Notes: generated by a model not told the origin, from the sequence alone. A DNA stretch of 63,976 nt, filler included, from Collodictyon triciliatum (GCA_043381765.1; 6 parts of 6 records of this genome joined end to end with filler, not necessarily neighbours in it); one strand, 5' to 3'. Counted from the first letter of the whole stretch, positions 12,544 through 27,000 are shown. Made by a program: numbers and translations.

Positions 12544-15500
12544 ATTTCCATTCACAGTATAATGCTATAAGGTTGAGGAAATTGGCTAAAGGAAAAGGAA
12601 TCGAATTAGTCTTCATTGATCTTCGATGGGGACTCACAGCCACCGACAGTGGAGATGGATGGGTAAGATTGAGCCGTTTTTATACAGTTAATTTGTGTCA
12701 TCCCCCCTTCGAATCAAGAGAAAAAGTTATGTCTTCCCACTCAACTCTATAAATCATTGCCCAGGTTGTCATTAGATGCTGTGAATCAATCGAGAAGTGT
12801 CCATACTTTGTATGTTTCTTGGGAGCTCGATACGGATGGGTCCCTGACAACAAAGACCCAACCCACTGGCACCCATCCACGTGGACTCGATTTCCATTTC
12901 TTAACGAAATCCCTGGTCTCAGCGTTACCGAATACGAGGTAAGGGTATATCAAGGAGAGAATCTCATAATGTATCACACACATGAACTGCATATATATCA
13001 CACATAACTCATAGCTACTCCGCAAACACAGATACAATACGCAGCTTTGATTGAAAATCCTGCTGCCAGCAGAGCTTTCTTTTTCTTCAGAGATGAGGAT
13101 TACGCAGTCCAGCACGCAAGAAACGAGGCTGAGAAAGTTCTTTACAGACCTGTGGACGAAAAGGATGTAATTGGAAACAGTTTTTTTTATTTAACGTCCA
13201 ATATTAACTCCTTTCTTTCTTGATACTAAGACATTTATATGTGTCCTTGGATCATGATGTTTTGTTCATGTGTAGAGGGCCAACCAAAACGAGCTGAAAA
13301 GGAAAGTGGGCGAAAAGTTTGGCGTGCTTACCTACCGAGGGGCTGTAGAATTCTCTGAATTAGTGACCAACCATTTGACTTATGCCATCGAGAAAGACTT
13401 CTCCAACCGCATAGTAATAATAACTTTTCTTTATGCCACATCAGTATTATTAATATTCTTGATGAAAACAGTAGCATATCCGCTTAAAAACACTACATGA
13501 ATCCTAATATACCCTTCGCCATTGTTCTGTGCTTTATCATACTTTCGGTAATTCTCAATCCTCTCTCCTTTTTTTTTTTTTTAAAAAAAAAATCAATAGG
13601 TAAGAGAACCAGAAGACCAGGCGCACTTCCAATTCATGCAGCACCGTATGGCAGGGTTCGAGGGAAGGCAAGTTCTCTTGGATGAAATCAGCGCAAAGGT
13701 AATTGTTGGCTTGCCAGTAGAGTGCTTTTGCTTGTATCAATACATCAAAATTTGCTCGGTAACATAACCTCTGGAATGATATCAGGTAAACGAGCAATTA
13801 GACGGAGATGGCACGAATATCACTATGCTAGCAGCAGAATCTGGCATAGGCAAATCGTCACTGATGGCAGCATCGACCACTAGACTGCTGAGCGCAAAAA
13901 CACCCAACCTTTTTGTCATATATCATTTTGTTGGTTGTACTAACCTAAGTAATTATGTGGAAAGGTGACCGCTTCTTTTTTAAACATTTTTATAGTTGCA
14001 ATACAATCGTCTCCTTGTAAATATAATAAAATAAAATAAATATAGCATTTCGATTCGTTTCTGGAATTCTGTTTTGACGGTCGACAATTTGGGACTCGAC
14101 CCGAAACTGAAAGATGGTACCCTTTTTATTGTACAGAAAGAACAAAAAATTAATAAAAAATGAAACAGTAAAACCAGAACATCTATCTTATCATTCTTCT
14201 TTTTATAGAAACATTCTTCAAGAAGCAAGGAATTAGCGGACTATTGAAGCTCATATCTAATTCCAACTTGTTTGGTTTTATATTAACAATAATTATTTTA
14301 CAATTCAAATATATATATCATTACATATTTCCGTGGTTCGTAATTGTAAATAAAACAGAAAAGGAAGGGAATATGCAACGCTAAGAAAATACCATATAGG
14401 CCAAACAAATTTGTTTTCATGATTGACGCGGTGAATCAGCTTTATGCATCTCAAGAAACCCCCGTCCCTCATTTGCTGACTTGGTTACCAAAGAAAACAA
14501 AAAAGAATATTGCCTTAGTTGTTTCTACCATCGACACTCACGAGTCATGCAAAGTATGAATCCTAATTATTTTTTTCAGTAACTAAATATGCTAAAAACA
14601 TATTTTTTTATTCTTCCTTTCAATTTTGTGCGGGATGGTGGAAAATATGCTAAAAACAGACATTGCATAGCCTATTTTAATTATAATATTCGCCGCAAAT
14701 AGGTTGCACAGTCCAACCAATTACCATTGATTCCCGTCAAAAGACTTCAGAAAACAGAAATTCAACAGGCTGCTGTGTCCTTCCTGGGAAGATACGATAA
14801 GAAGCTTACTGAAGAACAAATTGATCTTATATTAAAAGATGAAGACGACACTGGTATGTACTCATTCAACCCTCACGTCTCATAGACTTCTATATAGTTA
14901 CTTATATTTCATCTAGTGTAAGATGAAATAATAAGAAAGCTTTGCACTTGAATCCAATTAAGGAAAAAAAGGAACTCTTCACTATTCGGTGCAAAAATGT
15001 TGCGTGTGAGTGCCCTGGACTAATCCAGATACCCCTAGGTCACCCATTGTATCTACGTCTGGTACTCGATGAGCTTAGGATATTTGGAGTTTATGAAAAA
15101 CTGACCGACGAGTTGCACGTCCTGTTGCGTACTAGTGGGACCATAGACCTTTACACACTGATCATCAACCGCTGGAAGATTAAATTCAATAAGAAAAGTA
15201 ACAAATAAAAAACATTCTTCACATCCCACTTTTAAGGTGGCCATTCTGTGGTTTACCTCCCAACTTCCTGATCCTTTTTTTTTTTTTTAAGGAAACAGTT
15301 TTACCTTGACTAAGTGGCATGTTTTAATTTAACTACATATTCCATTCATAGATTCAAACTTAGTCGATCTTGCTATGGCTGTCCTTCATGTCACCAGAAT
15401 TGGCCTTAGTGAAAGCGAACTTGATAACTACCTTGGTTCTAGTATAGGAACGTCCTTTGATATGGCTGAATGGTTCCATTTCTCATGTTCACTCTTTCCC

Positions 15501-18273
15501 ATATGCTCATAAAATTGCGTATCATTCCGATGATTAAATCTCAACTAAAACATCCCGATTTAGGAAAGCTTTCTTGTATACTCTGTCCGAGTCACTCTTC
15601 GTAAGAAATGGAAGGTATATCTATATTATGAAAGTATTACTTACAAGTGTTATAGCAGCATATCTAAACAAATATTCCCAGTATTTGCCTCAATATTCTA
15701 TGCATATCATTTTCTATTATCTTTTCACTATTTTTTAAACTTCCTGTCAGCACGATATACTTCATTCACAACAATATCTAATTAACACAGATATTATCTC
15801 TGCTTGCTTTAATACTGATTAAGTACCTTTCGTTTACATCGACGACAGGTTTATGTATTTCCATCAGCTTTTGGTAGAAACAGTGCAGAATTATTTCTTT
15901 GAGGCCAAAGGAAGTCGCCAGGTGGCTCAAAAGTCGTATGGGATGTGGTTATACGCAACCTACTTTGATGATAAAGATGCAGACGAGGAAATAATTGCCG
16001 AAACATGTTTTCACTTGAACGCGTCAGAATGTTTTATCGAGTTGATTGGGTACCTAAAAAAAGAACACGTAAGTAGCAGAACGTACGTATATAACCAATA
16101 TATCTCCTCATTTCTAATCCAAAATTCAGGTTGTCCAAAAAATGCTTCAAGGTCGCTACCGATACGAATTCTTTAAGCATTGGAGAGATATAAGTGCAGG
16201 GGGACATGCTAAAGCGACGGATACGTACGAAGTTTTTGTCAAGGTAATCACAGCACATCCATTTACAATCCTTCACCATGAAACCATAAAATAGTTTATT
16301 TGAAGATCCAACATTGGTTTTACCCAAAAATGTTCTCGGTAGCTTTGGAGGGATTGAAAAAAAAAAAAAAAAAAAAGAGAGAAGAAAAGAAGAAAAATTA
16401 AATATCTAGTACTGACCTTTTTTTCATCGAAGGATATCAATCTCATTGGGGATCTACTGGTCGAATACTTTTTGGAGGCTTACGAGAACTCTTTTCTTGT
16501 GCAATGCATCCCACTTCGAATAACGAAAAGGACTAAAGAAGGTCAGCTAAATGTCTCCCTTTGATAATCTGAAATCAGCCACATATCGCACATTCCATAA
16601 CACTAACATGTTTTTATTTACAGCCGATAAATTTTCTGATTACATTGCTCTGGGCAAAGTGTATAAGAGTCTCCGAAAGTTTGTTTAATAGCTCACTATA
16701 TTACCTCCACCATTCATGCAATCGTTGTGGGCACAATCATAAATGTAAAAAAATTCACTAAAAATTTTAGATGGAAAGAAGCCTTAGATAATTTTCTTAA
16801 ATGCTTGAGTCAAAAGACAGTCCTTGGCGAAACAGATGACGAAGTAATATCATCTCTTTATGAAGAAGTTGGTGACATATATATGAACCAAAATAGGTGA
16901 GTTAATGATAACCCTTAATACATTATGTTTACCCATTCATGCTGCACATGGTCTAATTATATCATGTCATACAGAGAAACGAGGAGTAAATATGTTGGTC
17001 ACGGTTGCCACCACACAAAATAATCCCTTTGACAAAATCTTTTTTTTTTTTTATAGTACTGATGATGCTCGTGAAAACTTTGAAAAAAGTCTCTCAATCC
17101 TCAAAAAGCTTTATGGAGAGTCCAATATGCAAGTGGCCCAATCCCTTGACCGTCTAGGCTCTGTTGACCTAAAATCAAACAGGTAGGAGCATATCTATTC
17201 ATTTGAGAAAAACAAGGAGCGCGAATCTTAGCCTTCGCTTGTCCCTCTACCGGCATTTTCTTTCCCTTCCTCTTTACATACATATTTTTTTCTTTTTAAG
17301 CACCACTATTTTTTGAGGATTCCTAATTATCGCATATCGATTAGGTTAGAAAGCTCCCTGAAGTACTTCGAACAGGCTATGGAAATTCGCAGCAAAGTTG
17401 TTGGGGCAGACCACCCTTCCTATGCCCTTTCTCTCATTAATATCGGACATGTTCATTTGGCCCAAAAAAAGTTCGTCATCAATCGGTTTCTTTACCTAAG
17501 GAACTAACCAATCATGTAATTACCATGGAATTGTGCGCAGTATATTGCTGACTTTTTTCTTTCAAATGCAAAGAGATGAGGTAGCCATGGAGAGTTATGT
17601 AAAGGCAAGCAAGATTCAAGAGGGAACATTTGGTCGCCAGCACCCTTCTGTGTCTAGCACCCTACGCTACATCGCATCTATCCACCAAACGAGACAAAAG
17701 TTTTTTTCTTTTTACAATGAATATTATTTCTCATTCTTAAATTTGAGTTTGTGCACATGTTCCCTTTATCTCATATTTTATGCACCAAATAACTCCTATC
17801 GAGGTTCCATAACGCCCCACCACTGCAGAAGAATATAATTAATTCTTTTTATATATAACACCTGAAGCTACGCTGAAGCTATCTCCGTCCTTAATGAATG
17901 CCGTGGGATTGATACCAAGTACTTTGGAGAAAACCATCCTGATGTCATCCAGACAATTGAATCAATCGGATCTTGCTACAGTTCAACAAAAAAGTATAGT
18001 ACTAGACTTCAATAATATGAAATATCCCAAAGCCTATTCTTTTATAGTAGCCTTTTAAGACGCAGAAAATCTTTTGTTTTGGATAATTCTCGGTCATTGT
18101 TATACTGAATCGAAAATATGTTATTTAGTCACGAGAGCGCGCTTCTACAGTACATCAAATGCTTAGAAATAAGACGCAGGACTTTGGGAGACAATCACCC
18201 TGATATAGCCACTTCTTTGGAGAACATCGCCAAATCGAACCACGAGTTAAAAAGGTAGAATAAAAGAAAAAAG

Positions 18274-18304
<31 letters not shown>

Positions 18305-21300
18305 GAAAAGAAAAACGGAAAAAGGGACACTGTGAATAAGTTGCCGATCATTAATCATAAAATATGACGCTCAGCGTAATAAGCCTTTCTTAATGCACCA
18401 TGTCGCATACACTCATATGCAGACGCTAAAGCCGCCTTAAAATCGTGTGCGATATATTTTAACTATGGAATCAATAGAAAGGACCAAGTGTTTGAATTCA
18501 TTGATGAGGCAATCAAAATTCGACTCCAATCTGAGACGTCCATGTCTTATCAGGACCCATCACAATCAAACCAAATCGGAGATCTTTTACTCGAGCTCAA
18601 ACGCATTGATGCTGCCCTTCACGTTTGGGTACACACAACGAATATTTATGGAGTCTTGTCTGGGTGGAACGCACCAGAGGTATGGAGCGTGACCACAAAA
18701 GCTGACCAGATGCTGCTGGCAGAAAAATTGTACGAGAAATCAGTAGAACTCTGGATAAATTTCCAGTCAAAGTTTATACCAGAGCTAACTTGGGGTCATG
18801 AAAATGCACTTCGAGCAATAATGTATCAAGAAGCAGCTCTCTACAAGAATGGACAACCCAAAGTTGTCGTGGATTTGTGGTACAAGATAAATAAAATCGT
18901 CCTGGACAATGTTGGATGGGCACATAAAAACACCTGGACTAGCTTCTCAAAAATCGACGAGTCTTTGGAAAAGATCAAAGATAACGAACGAGCAGTCGAA
19001 CTATGGAGCAGAGCATATCCATCTTTCATTGAAAAATTCGGTCGAGAGCACGAGTCCACTTGGTCTGGAATACTAAAATACGATTCATCTTTAGTAAAGA
19101 AAAACGATTTCCAAAAATTGTTCGACTTCTGGAAAAAGATGGAAGAAGGGTACGTGGATGAGTTTGGAAGTGGCCATAAGCATGCTCAGTATTGCACCAA
19201 CAAAGTGGCCGAGTATGCAAAGAAGCTCGGTGTCAAGGCGGAGGAAATGGATAATATACTATCTAAGGCCAAAGCAAAGGCTCTTTCCGTTGCGAGGGAA
19301 ATCCTCCATTGGCCAATGTCTGAGAAGCCATTTGGAATGCATGAAGTCGTCTCAGCCTTGTTTTCGGTCGTAATGATGTCAAAAAATAACGAAAGCGTAA
19401 AAAAAACAGCATCGGATTGTATGTCGCTGCTGAACCAGCTCGACGTTCCCCTATATGGACATGATTTTAACAAGATTTCTATACCCAACGCCAATCTAAG
19501 TGGGGCCATACTAGATGGATCAAACTTCCAACACGCACATCTAGAGGGCACCAACTTCAACAACTCATTCTTTGGAGGAGTCGATTTATCATACTCGCAT
19601 CTGAGCGAGGCCAATCTAGGAATTCCTCATGGTAGATTCGTTGCACATAAGGAAAAAATTCACTCTGTTTGCCCGCTTCCAGGTCCGAAAGGCGAAAATT
19701 GGATTGCATCGTGCTCTGGTGGATATGGAGGGGACAAGGTTGTAAGGATTTGGGATGTTGACACTGGCCTGCTGCTCAGAACGTTCACAGACCACACGGG
19801 CGACATTTATGATGTTTGCGCTTTAGAGGGTCCAGATGGAGAAAAGTGGATGGCATCCTGTAGTGGCAATCACGATAGAAAAATTCAAATACTGGATTTA
19901 GCTACAGAGAAGCGCATTCACTCTCTAACAGGACATACTTTCGATGTCCATTGCATCTGCCCAATAAGGGGCCCCAAGGGTGAAAAATGGATTGCGTCTG
20001 GTGGAGGCTATACGGACAAAACCATACGTATATGGGACTATGTAGAAGGTAAACATATCAAGACACTTCAAGGACATGCTGATTCTGTTCTATCATTATG
20101 CGCCATAGACGGGCCAGAGGGTCAACAGTGGCTCGCGGCTGGATGTAGATTTGGTGCAAAATTGGTCTACATTTGGGACGTAGAGGAGGGGAAGCTCATA
20201 AAGTCCATGAAAGGCCCGACTGGTGACACATTTTCCATTATAAAAGCGAAAGATGCTAATGGAAAATGGTGGCTTATTGTTGGAAGCCACGACGAGAAGA
20301 TAAGACTTTATGATTTGCCTGAACTAACAGAATGCAGGGAGATTAAAGGTCCAAATTATGTAAACGACATGACTGCTCTCGATGGACCAAACGGAGAAAG
20401 TTGGATTGCAGTCGGTTCAACATATAACTTCACTCGAGTTTATGATGTAACAACACTGGCCCAAGTAAAGGAAATCACACAAACTTCAAAAGTGGTCGGC
20501 ACTCAATCGATGTGCGTCATCAGAGACAGACATGGTGATCAATCAATAGTCACAGGAGGCGCCGACTACATTATTCGAGTCTGTAATGTCAAAAGCCCTC
20601 GCTCGTGCTCATCTAAAGACTTCAACAAATACGCAACGTTCAGACTCCCCAGTCAACCTAATGACTACCTCGTCACAACCAACGGAGGGAACATTTTGCT
20701 CATCTGGAATCTCTCCAACGGCACTCTAGAGTCAACACTAGAGGGACACACGAATTACATCAACGGGGTGGCTTCTGCGACGAGTGGTTCTGGCAAAGTA
20801 CTCATTTTGTCTGCAAGTGATGACAAATCTGTCCTCGTTTGGGATGCTGTTGAACGCAAGGAAATTGCCAGATTGACGGGGCATGAGCATGCGGTGACAA
20901 AAGTTGTATGCTTGCAGAGAGAAGGAAAGCCTCTCGTCGCATCCCGGAGTTCTGATAACACGATCAGAATATGGGACTTGGATACATTCAAGGAGGTTTC
21001 CAACATCCCAGTGGGTTCTTTCAGTTTCAGCGCAAACCTTGAAGCGATTTGGACCAAAGAGGAAGCAAAGGAGACCGTAGGTCGCTTTAAGAATATCGGA
21101 GATGCTATTGTGCTCACCGAGCACGACCTATCGAAAGGCGAAGGAATATTTGATGGGCAAAAGATCCGTAAAATCGAAGGTGGAGAAATCAGAGTGGATG
21201 GTGTCGATTGCCCTGCGTACTTGAGAGATAGTCTCATTTCTATCGGCGGATTTACAAACACGGCTGAATTTTGGGAACTTTTCAAACAAGGAATATGTAC

Positions 21301-22669
21301 AGAGAGTCACAAGTCCAGAATTATCAAAGAGATTCGATCAGGAGCGGATGATATTCTATCGTTGGTAAAGAATCTTGGGGAGGAAGTCCTCGAAACTGGA
21401 AAGTACAGATATCCACATGCATCCTTGATAATGTCAACATGTTACTCGAAAGGTGTTGGAGTTGAAAAGAATGTTATCATGGCCTATGAAATACTAGGAA
21501 AGAACAGCTTATTCAATTTACTAAGCAACCACGCCAAGACAGACCCCTTGGCTTTTAAGGTGTTATCTACGTACTTTGACAAAAAGGAGAAAGACGGAAA
21601 ATATTCGTTCCCCAGTGCTCTATCTGAGGGGGCTGAGTGCCACAAGAATGGATGGGGCACAGAAAAGAGCATCGACAAGTACTATGAGTTTATTGGGAAG
21701 CTGTCTCGATTCGATGAATTGTTTGAGTTGTCCAAGAAGGGCACACCAAAGGCATTCTCTGTATTGAAAGAGTATGCTGATGTCCAGGATTCCAACAAAA
21801 AATACCCTAACAGCAATGTTGTCAACCAAGTTACGCAATGTTATCTTAACGGATGGTCGACAGAAAAGAATACGGAGCTTTATTACGAGTATCTTGCTCG
21901 CCAGAATAAATTCGAGGTTATCATGCCGTTTGCTGAGAAACTAGACACAAAGGCCTTCGATGTCTTGAACAAGTACTCACTCATCAAGGACTCTAGCAAT
22001 AATTTTGTCTATTCTACGGCTTTGCTCTATGTCGGCGACTGCTATGCAAATGGATTCTGTGTCGAAAAGAACATATCCACAGCTGCTCTGAAGTATGGGT
22101 TAAGTGCCTATGAGCGAAATTCAAAAGCCTTAGAGAAGCTGAAGCCACTGGCTGATGCAGGAAATGCCCAAGCCCAAGCGCGATTGGGAATATGCTACCA
22201 TGATGGAAGGAGTGTGAATCAAAACTATGGCGAAGCCATGAAGTGGTACAAGCTGGCCGCTGCCCAAAACCATCTCTGGGCTTGTCGCAATATCGGTGTC
22301 CTGAATTACTACGGAAGCGGAGTCACAAAGAATCTGGAAGAAGCTGCTCGCTGGTTCTCCAAAGCGTTTGAAATGGGCGAAAAAGATGGGGCTGAGCAAT
22401 TCATCAAGAACTTTAAGGACTTTAAAGGGGCCAAAATGGACGAAGACGTGAGAATCACTTTCCTAAGCGTCAACTGCGTCCAACAAGATGCAGTCAATGA
22501 ACTCACGGCCATGCACAAGGCTGGAAACGAGAAAATCTTCAAAGCGTGCAAATATGCCTTCGATAAAGGATACACTAAGGCTGCGCTCATTCTGTCTCTC
22601 TGCTACGGCAGTGGACTCGGAGTTGAGGCTGATGCGACTAAAGCAGAGGAATGGAAGAAGGCGGCGTAG
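11565..22669 (+). CDS. NLR-like STAND protein: DUF4062 - NACHT-type NTPase - 42-aa TPRs - pentapeptide repeats - WD40 - Sel1; about 30 exons, 5' end in gap
   Basis: Exons read LRIFMSSTFRDMQNERD...IDLRWG...CPYFVCFLGARYGWVP (DUF4062, as in TEP1/NPHP3-like proteins), AHFQFMQHRMAGFEGR, LAAESGIGKSSLM (Walker A), FMIDAVNQL (Walker B), GHPLYLRLVLDELRIFG and kinesin-light-chain-type TPRs. These splice in phase 2 into terminal exon 18478-22669 (ORF 18488-22669), which has pentapeptide repeats, GH...WD repeats and Sel1 repeats. Confidence 0.85.
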
Positions 22670-22739
22670 TTCTCGCGAGTGCGGTGGAGATTGAAATGTG
22701 CGCACTGGTGGGCGGAGAGAAGAGGCGACGCACCATTTA

Positions 22740-23004
<265 letters not shown>

Positions 23005-23139
23005 NNNNNNNNNNNNNNNNNNNNNNNNNNNNNNNNNNNNNNNNNNNNTTAATTAATTAANNNNNNNNNNNNNNNNNNNNNNNNNNNNNNNNNNNNNNNN
23101 NNNNAAAAATAAAAAAAAAAGTAATAAAAAACAATAATA

Positions 23140-23181
<42 letters not shown>

Positions 23182-24061
23182 GGGGGGAATACAGTGCAGT
23201 ATTCACTATAAAAATGAATAAAGCCTCTGAAAAACGCGCCCAAATTACGTAATTTTTTTTTTAGTGGAGTCCGAGCGCAAGCCATGACAGAAACTGGCAG
23301 GTTTCATGACGACTTTGTGTTCGACCTTCCAGAAGGCACTCGAATATTGCATGTTCGAAACGCGCCCTCGCCAGCAGCAACATCGTCCTTTGCGATAGCA
23401 GGTTAAACTATGAGAGAAATAGAACGCAACACTTATAACTCACCCTATATAAGCATGAATCAATTTTTTTTTATTTATTTTTTTTGGTTATTCGTCTCTC
23501 TATTGGCCCATTTTATATATATTTTGCTGTCTCGGCGTGTGAAAGACTGTCCTCTGTGTAGATTCCATAGTCAAGCGGTTCGAGTCAGTATTAGAGTCGC
23601 TGTGATGCTCGCATAAGGACCACCACACCATCTCGCAGGCTTAACTTGCTATCTGCGCCGCTTGCAGGCAGTGCATAGCAACCAGAAATGAAAAGAAAAG
23701 AGAATGACCACCTGTTACAGGTGTTTGGTATGTTGAACGTCTCGCTTTGAGCGTCGAATGTCCAATAAAATGGGATATTTCTTGATAGTTAAGGCATTGC
23801 TAGTGTCCCTTTGCTTAGATAGTTTTATTCTTTTTCTTTTCCTCCAGTCGTGAAACCACCCGTGGGTGTGATAGGAGACATTGAGGAAGGTGAAGGAAAG
23901 TGTTTTTTTTCTTCTTTTTGTTCTTGGTTGGATGTGAAAAAGCAAGGGAAAGGTTGAAAGGAAAGGGAGGGTGAGGTAGGGCCGATTGCATGAGCAGAGG
24001 AGGTACAGAATGGCCAAAGAGCCCCAGCTTTGGGGTGCGACAGGGCTCCTCCTGCTGTTTT

Positions 24062-27000
24062 TTACGAGTGACCTTCGTAAAGAGGATTGCTCTTCATCAT
24101 GCCTTGCTCGGTGCTCGCTTCATAGAGAGGGTTACTGGAAAAGATATCACCCTCCTTCTCAGGCAGTTGGAAGTTGTAGTCTTCCTTAGCAGAAACACGC
24201 TTGAAGACCCAGAAGGCACCAGCGATAGCAGCAACGGCACCAACAGCACCACCAGCAACCGCGGGCATGATGCTTCCCCCGGTTTGGTTGAGATTCTCAT
24301 TTGAGGTAAGTGCAATCTTAATTCGGACAGTGGTTTCCTTTGCTCCTCCAGTGCCCGTGTTACCTCCATCGTTCACCGTCACCGTCACATGTGTTGTTCC
24401 GTTCACATTTGGCGGTGGATTGAAGACCAGGCCAGACAGCGCGCTATTGACATCGTCGAACTTTCCTGTGATTACGATTTCTGCCGCCCCAGTAGCGAAG
24501 CTTTCTGGAGACACCTCGACTCCCATAGTGTTTGGAATGCTGACTGTACCAATGTCTGCTTTGACTGTGGCGATGTACGGCTTCTGTGGATTATTGACGT
24601 TGAAATCCAATTCGCGGATAATAACACCCTTGATGACAACGGCTGTACCAGCAGGTGTTGTGATATTTGCTGGTATCTCAATTATTGGCGGGTCATTTAC
24701 AGCTACCACATTAATGGAGACAATGGACTCGACAGAATAAAGTCCGGCTGTACTTACCACCCGGAAAAAGAAGTTGTCGAAACCAAGCCCAGACTTGTAA
24801 GCAGGAGGCTGATAGACAACATACCATTTTCCATCGTCGCTTGGTGGGAAAACGTAGGGGTCGAACTCACTTGGAAGGCGAATCGGATTAATGTTGACAA
24901 TATTACCTTCCATGTCACTCAGATAGAGAGGTCCGTTTGCCGTTGCGGCTGTCAGCTGTGCACCCATCGAGAGTCCATTCGGGTCGCTGCCTTGCAGTGT
25001 GATGACAACCTTTGTGCCCTCATTTGTGGAGACTGTGGATGGATTGCTTATACTGGTTGGTGGGTAAATGACGTTTGTGACAACGATGTTGATTCTCTGC
25101 TCATTTGAAATGGCCTTTGAATCGTTCAGGTGGTACGAAAAGCCAAAAGAGCCTTCGCCTTTGAGAGATACCGGTTCGTATATAATTCTCCAAGCATCTG
25201 TCAGGTCAACTTTGTCTCCGACGTGTATCAGCCTCCCTATTGAAACTCCGTTCGTCGTTTGTCTCAATACACCAGTGGCTGGAATTGATGTTATGTAAGC
25301 GCTCAACAAATCGCCATCCATATCAAGACCGCCAAGCTTGATAACTACGTTCTTATTCTATAATAATAAAATTAAAAGTTTGGATGAATGGGAGTTAATA
25401 TAATGTTAAAATTGTTGGTTTTATTTGAAATGTAATTAGAAACCTCGGGTGTGGTGTATGTATCAGGATTTGCAAATGCGACTGGGGCGTTATTGAAGAA
25501 ACCGGTAATTACCACATTCACAAGGTAATCACCAGATTCATAAAAACCATTGAACGATGCATACTTGAAGCTAACATCAATTTGGGATGGTTCCAGCGAA
25601 TGGTATTCCAGCTTTGAAATGTTGGTGCTATCGATTGTGTAAGGGAGTTGGATTTCCTGGATAGTATGGCTGTTAAGGCTTAAAACCCCTGTCTCAGGCA
25701 AGCTCTTTATAAGAACACTTAAGACTTCTCCGTGGATATCAGATATTTCAGTGGCAAAATCAACTATTACAGACTCCACTAAGTTTCCAGAGACCTTAAA
25801 GTCCTTTGCGGTAGGAATGAAGTTCACTTTCTTAACATCAAAATCAATTTCCAACGAAGTAGATGAAGATTTCTGTCCGTCACCAATAGCGAATTCTACT
25901 TGGTCATATGATTCTCCGTATGAGACTGAGTAAATGCTGAAGCTTGGTCTGTATGTGAATGTCCAGACTGATTCCTCTCCTGTACCTAATTTGGATATTG
26001 GTCCGATTTCTCCATTGCTTGGTGGGGATATGATGGTGAGAATTAAGTTGTCATCATCTTTGTCTGTAAACAAGTACGCCTGTACAAGGGATATTGTCTC
26101 AGTGCCATTCTCAAGCACGCAGATTGACATCTTGGGCACAAGAACCTAGGTAGGGAGTGTTTTGACTTGGATAAATATCACAATTTCAAACCATATTTAA
26201 TAAAGTAAAAAAATTAAAGAAAATGTAAGAAAGGTTCCATATGAGTTTGTTATTGATAAGCTATAGAAGGGTGATTCCAAAAAAAAAACCTCTGGAGCGT
26301 GGTTGATGTGCGTAACGTGGATTTTAACTATTATGGGCTCCGTCACGGTTGTTCCATCAGATATAATGTAGCTGAAGGAGCCTGCGTCTCCACTAAAATA
26401 GTCAACTGGCACAAATGAGACCATTGCGCCAATAGGAAGAGATACTCCAGTTTGAGTCAAAATAACATTATTGATAATGACGTATCCAAACTCAGATTTC
26501 GGTAGTGAGTTTATTGTAAGCGTCAAAATGTCTGCTCTATCGACATCTGTAGCATCAAGTTTAATTACTGAATTGGGAACCGAGAATGACGAAATGTCAT
26601 CGGCACTATGAGGTTTTTCGAATACATTTATGTCAGAAGTTTCCACTGGAGAGGGTGCATGATTGACATGGTTGACTACAAGTGACAGTGTCTGCTCTGT
26701 TGACTCGAGTTTGCCGTCGCTTACATAGTATCGAATCGATGTTAGTGGATTGCCAAATGTGTACTTGGGTGGCGTGTATGTGAGTGTCCACTGTCTGCTG
26801 ATGCCCCCTCCAATCGCAGTGCCGCTTGATGATATAGCAGTTCCATTCCAGTCTGTCAATACCCCAGTGCTAGGAAGTCCGCTGATGTACGCACTCAGTG
26901 CGTCATTGTTGTCATCCTGTCCGCCGATTGTGAAAGTCACGGATTGGTCTTCATCGAGCGATGGCACACTGTTTGTGGTGGTGACAGGCGCGAAGTTGAC

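Noticed and set aside
13409-13415. Apparent GC-AG intron donor in the NACHT gene
   Set aside because: The downstream frame needs phase 0, which the canonical GT at 13414 satisfies.
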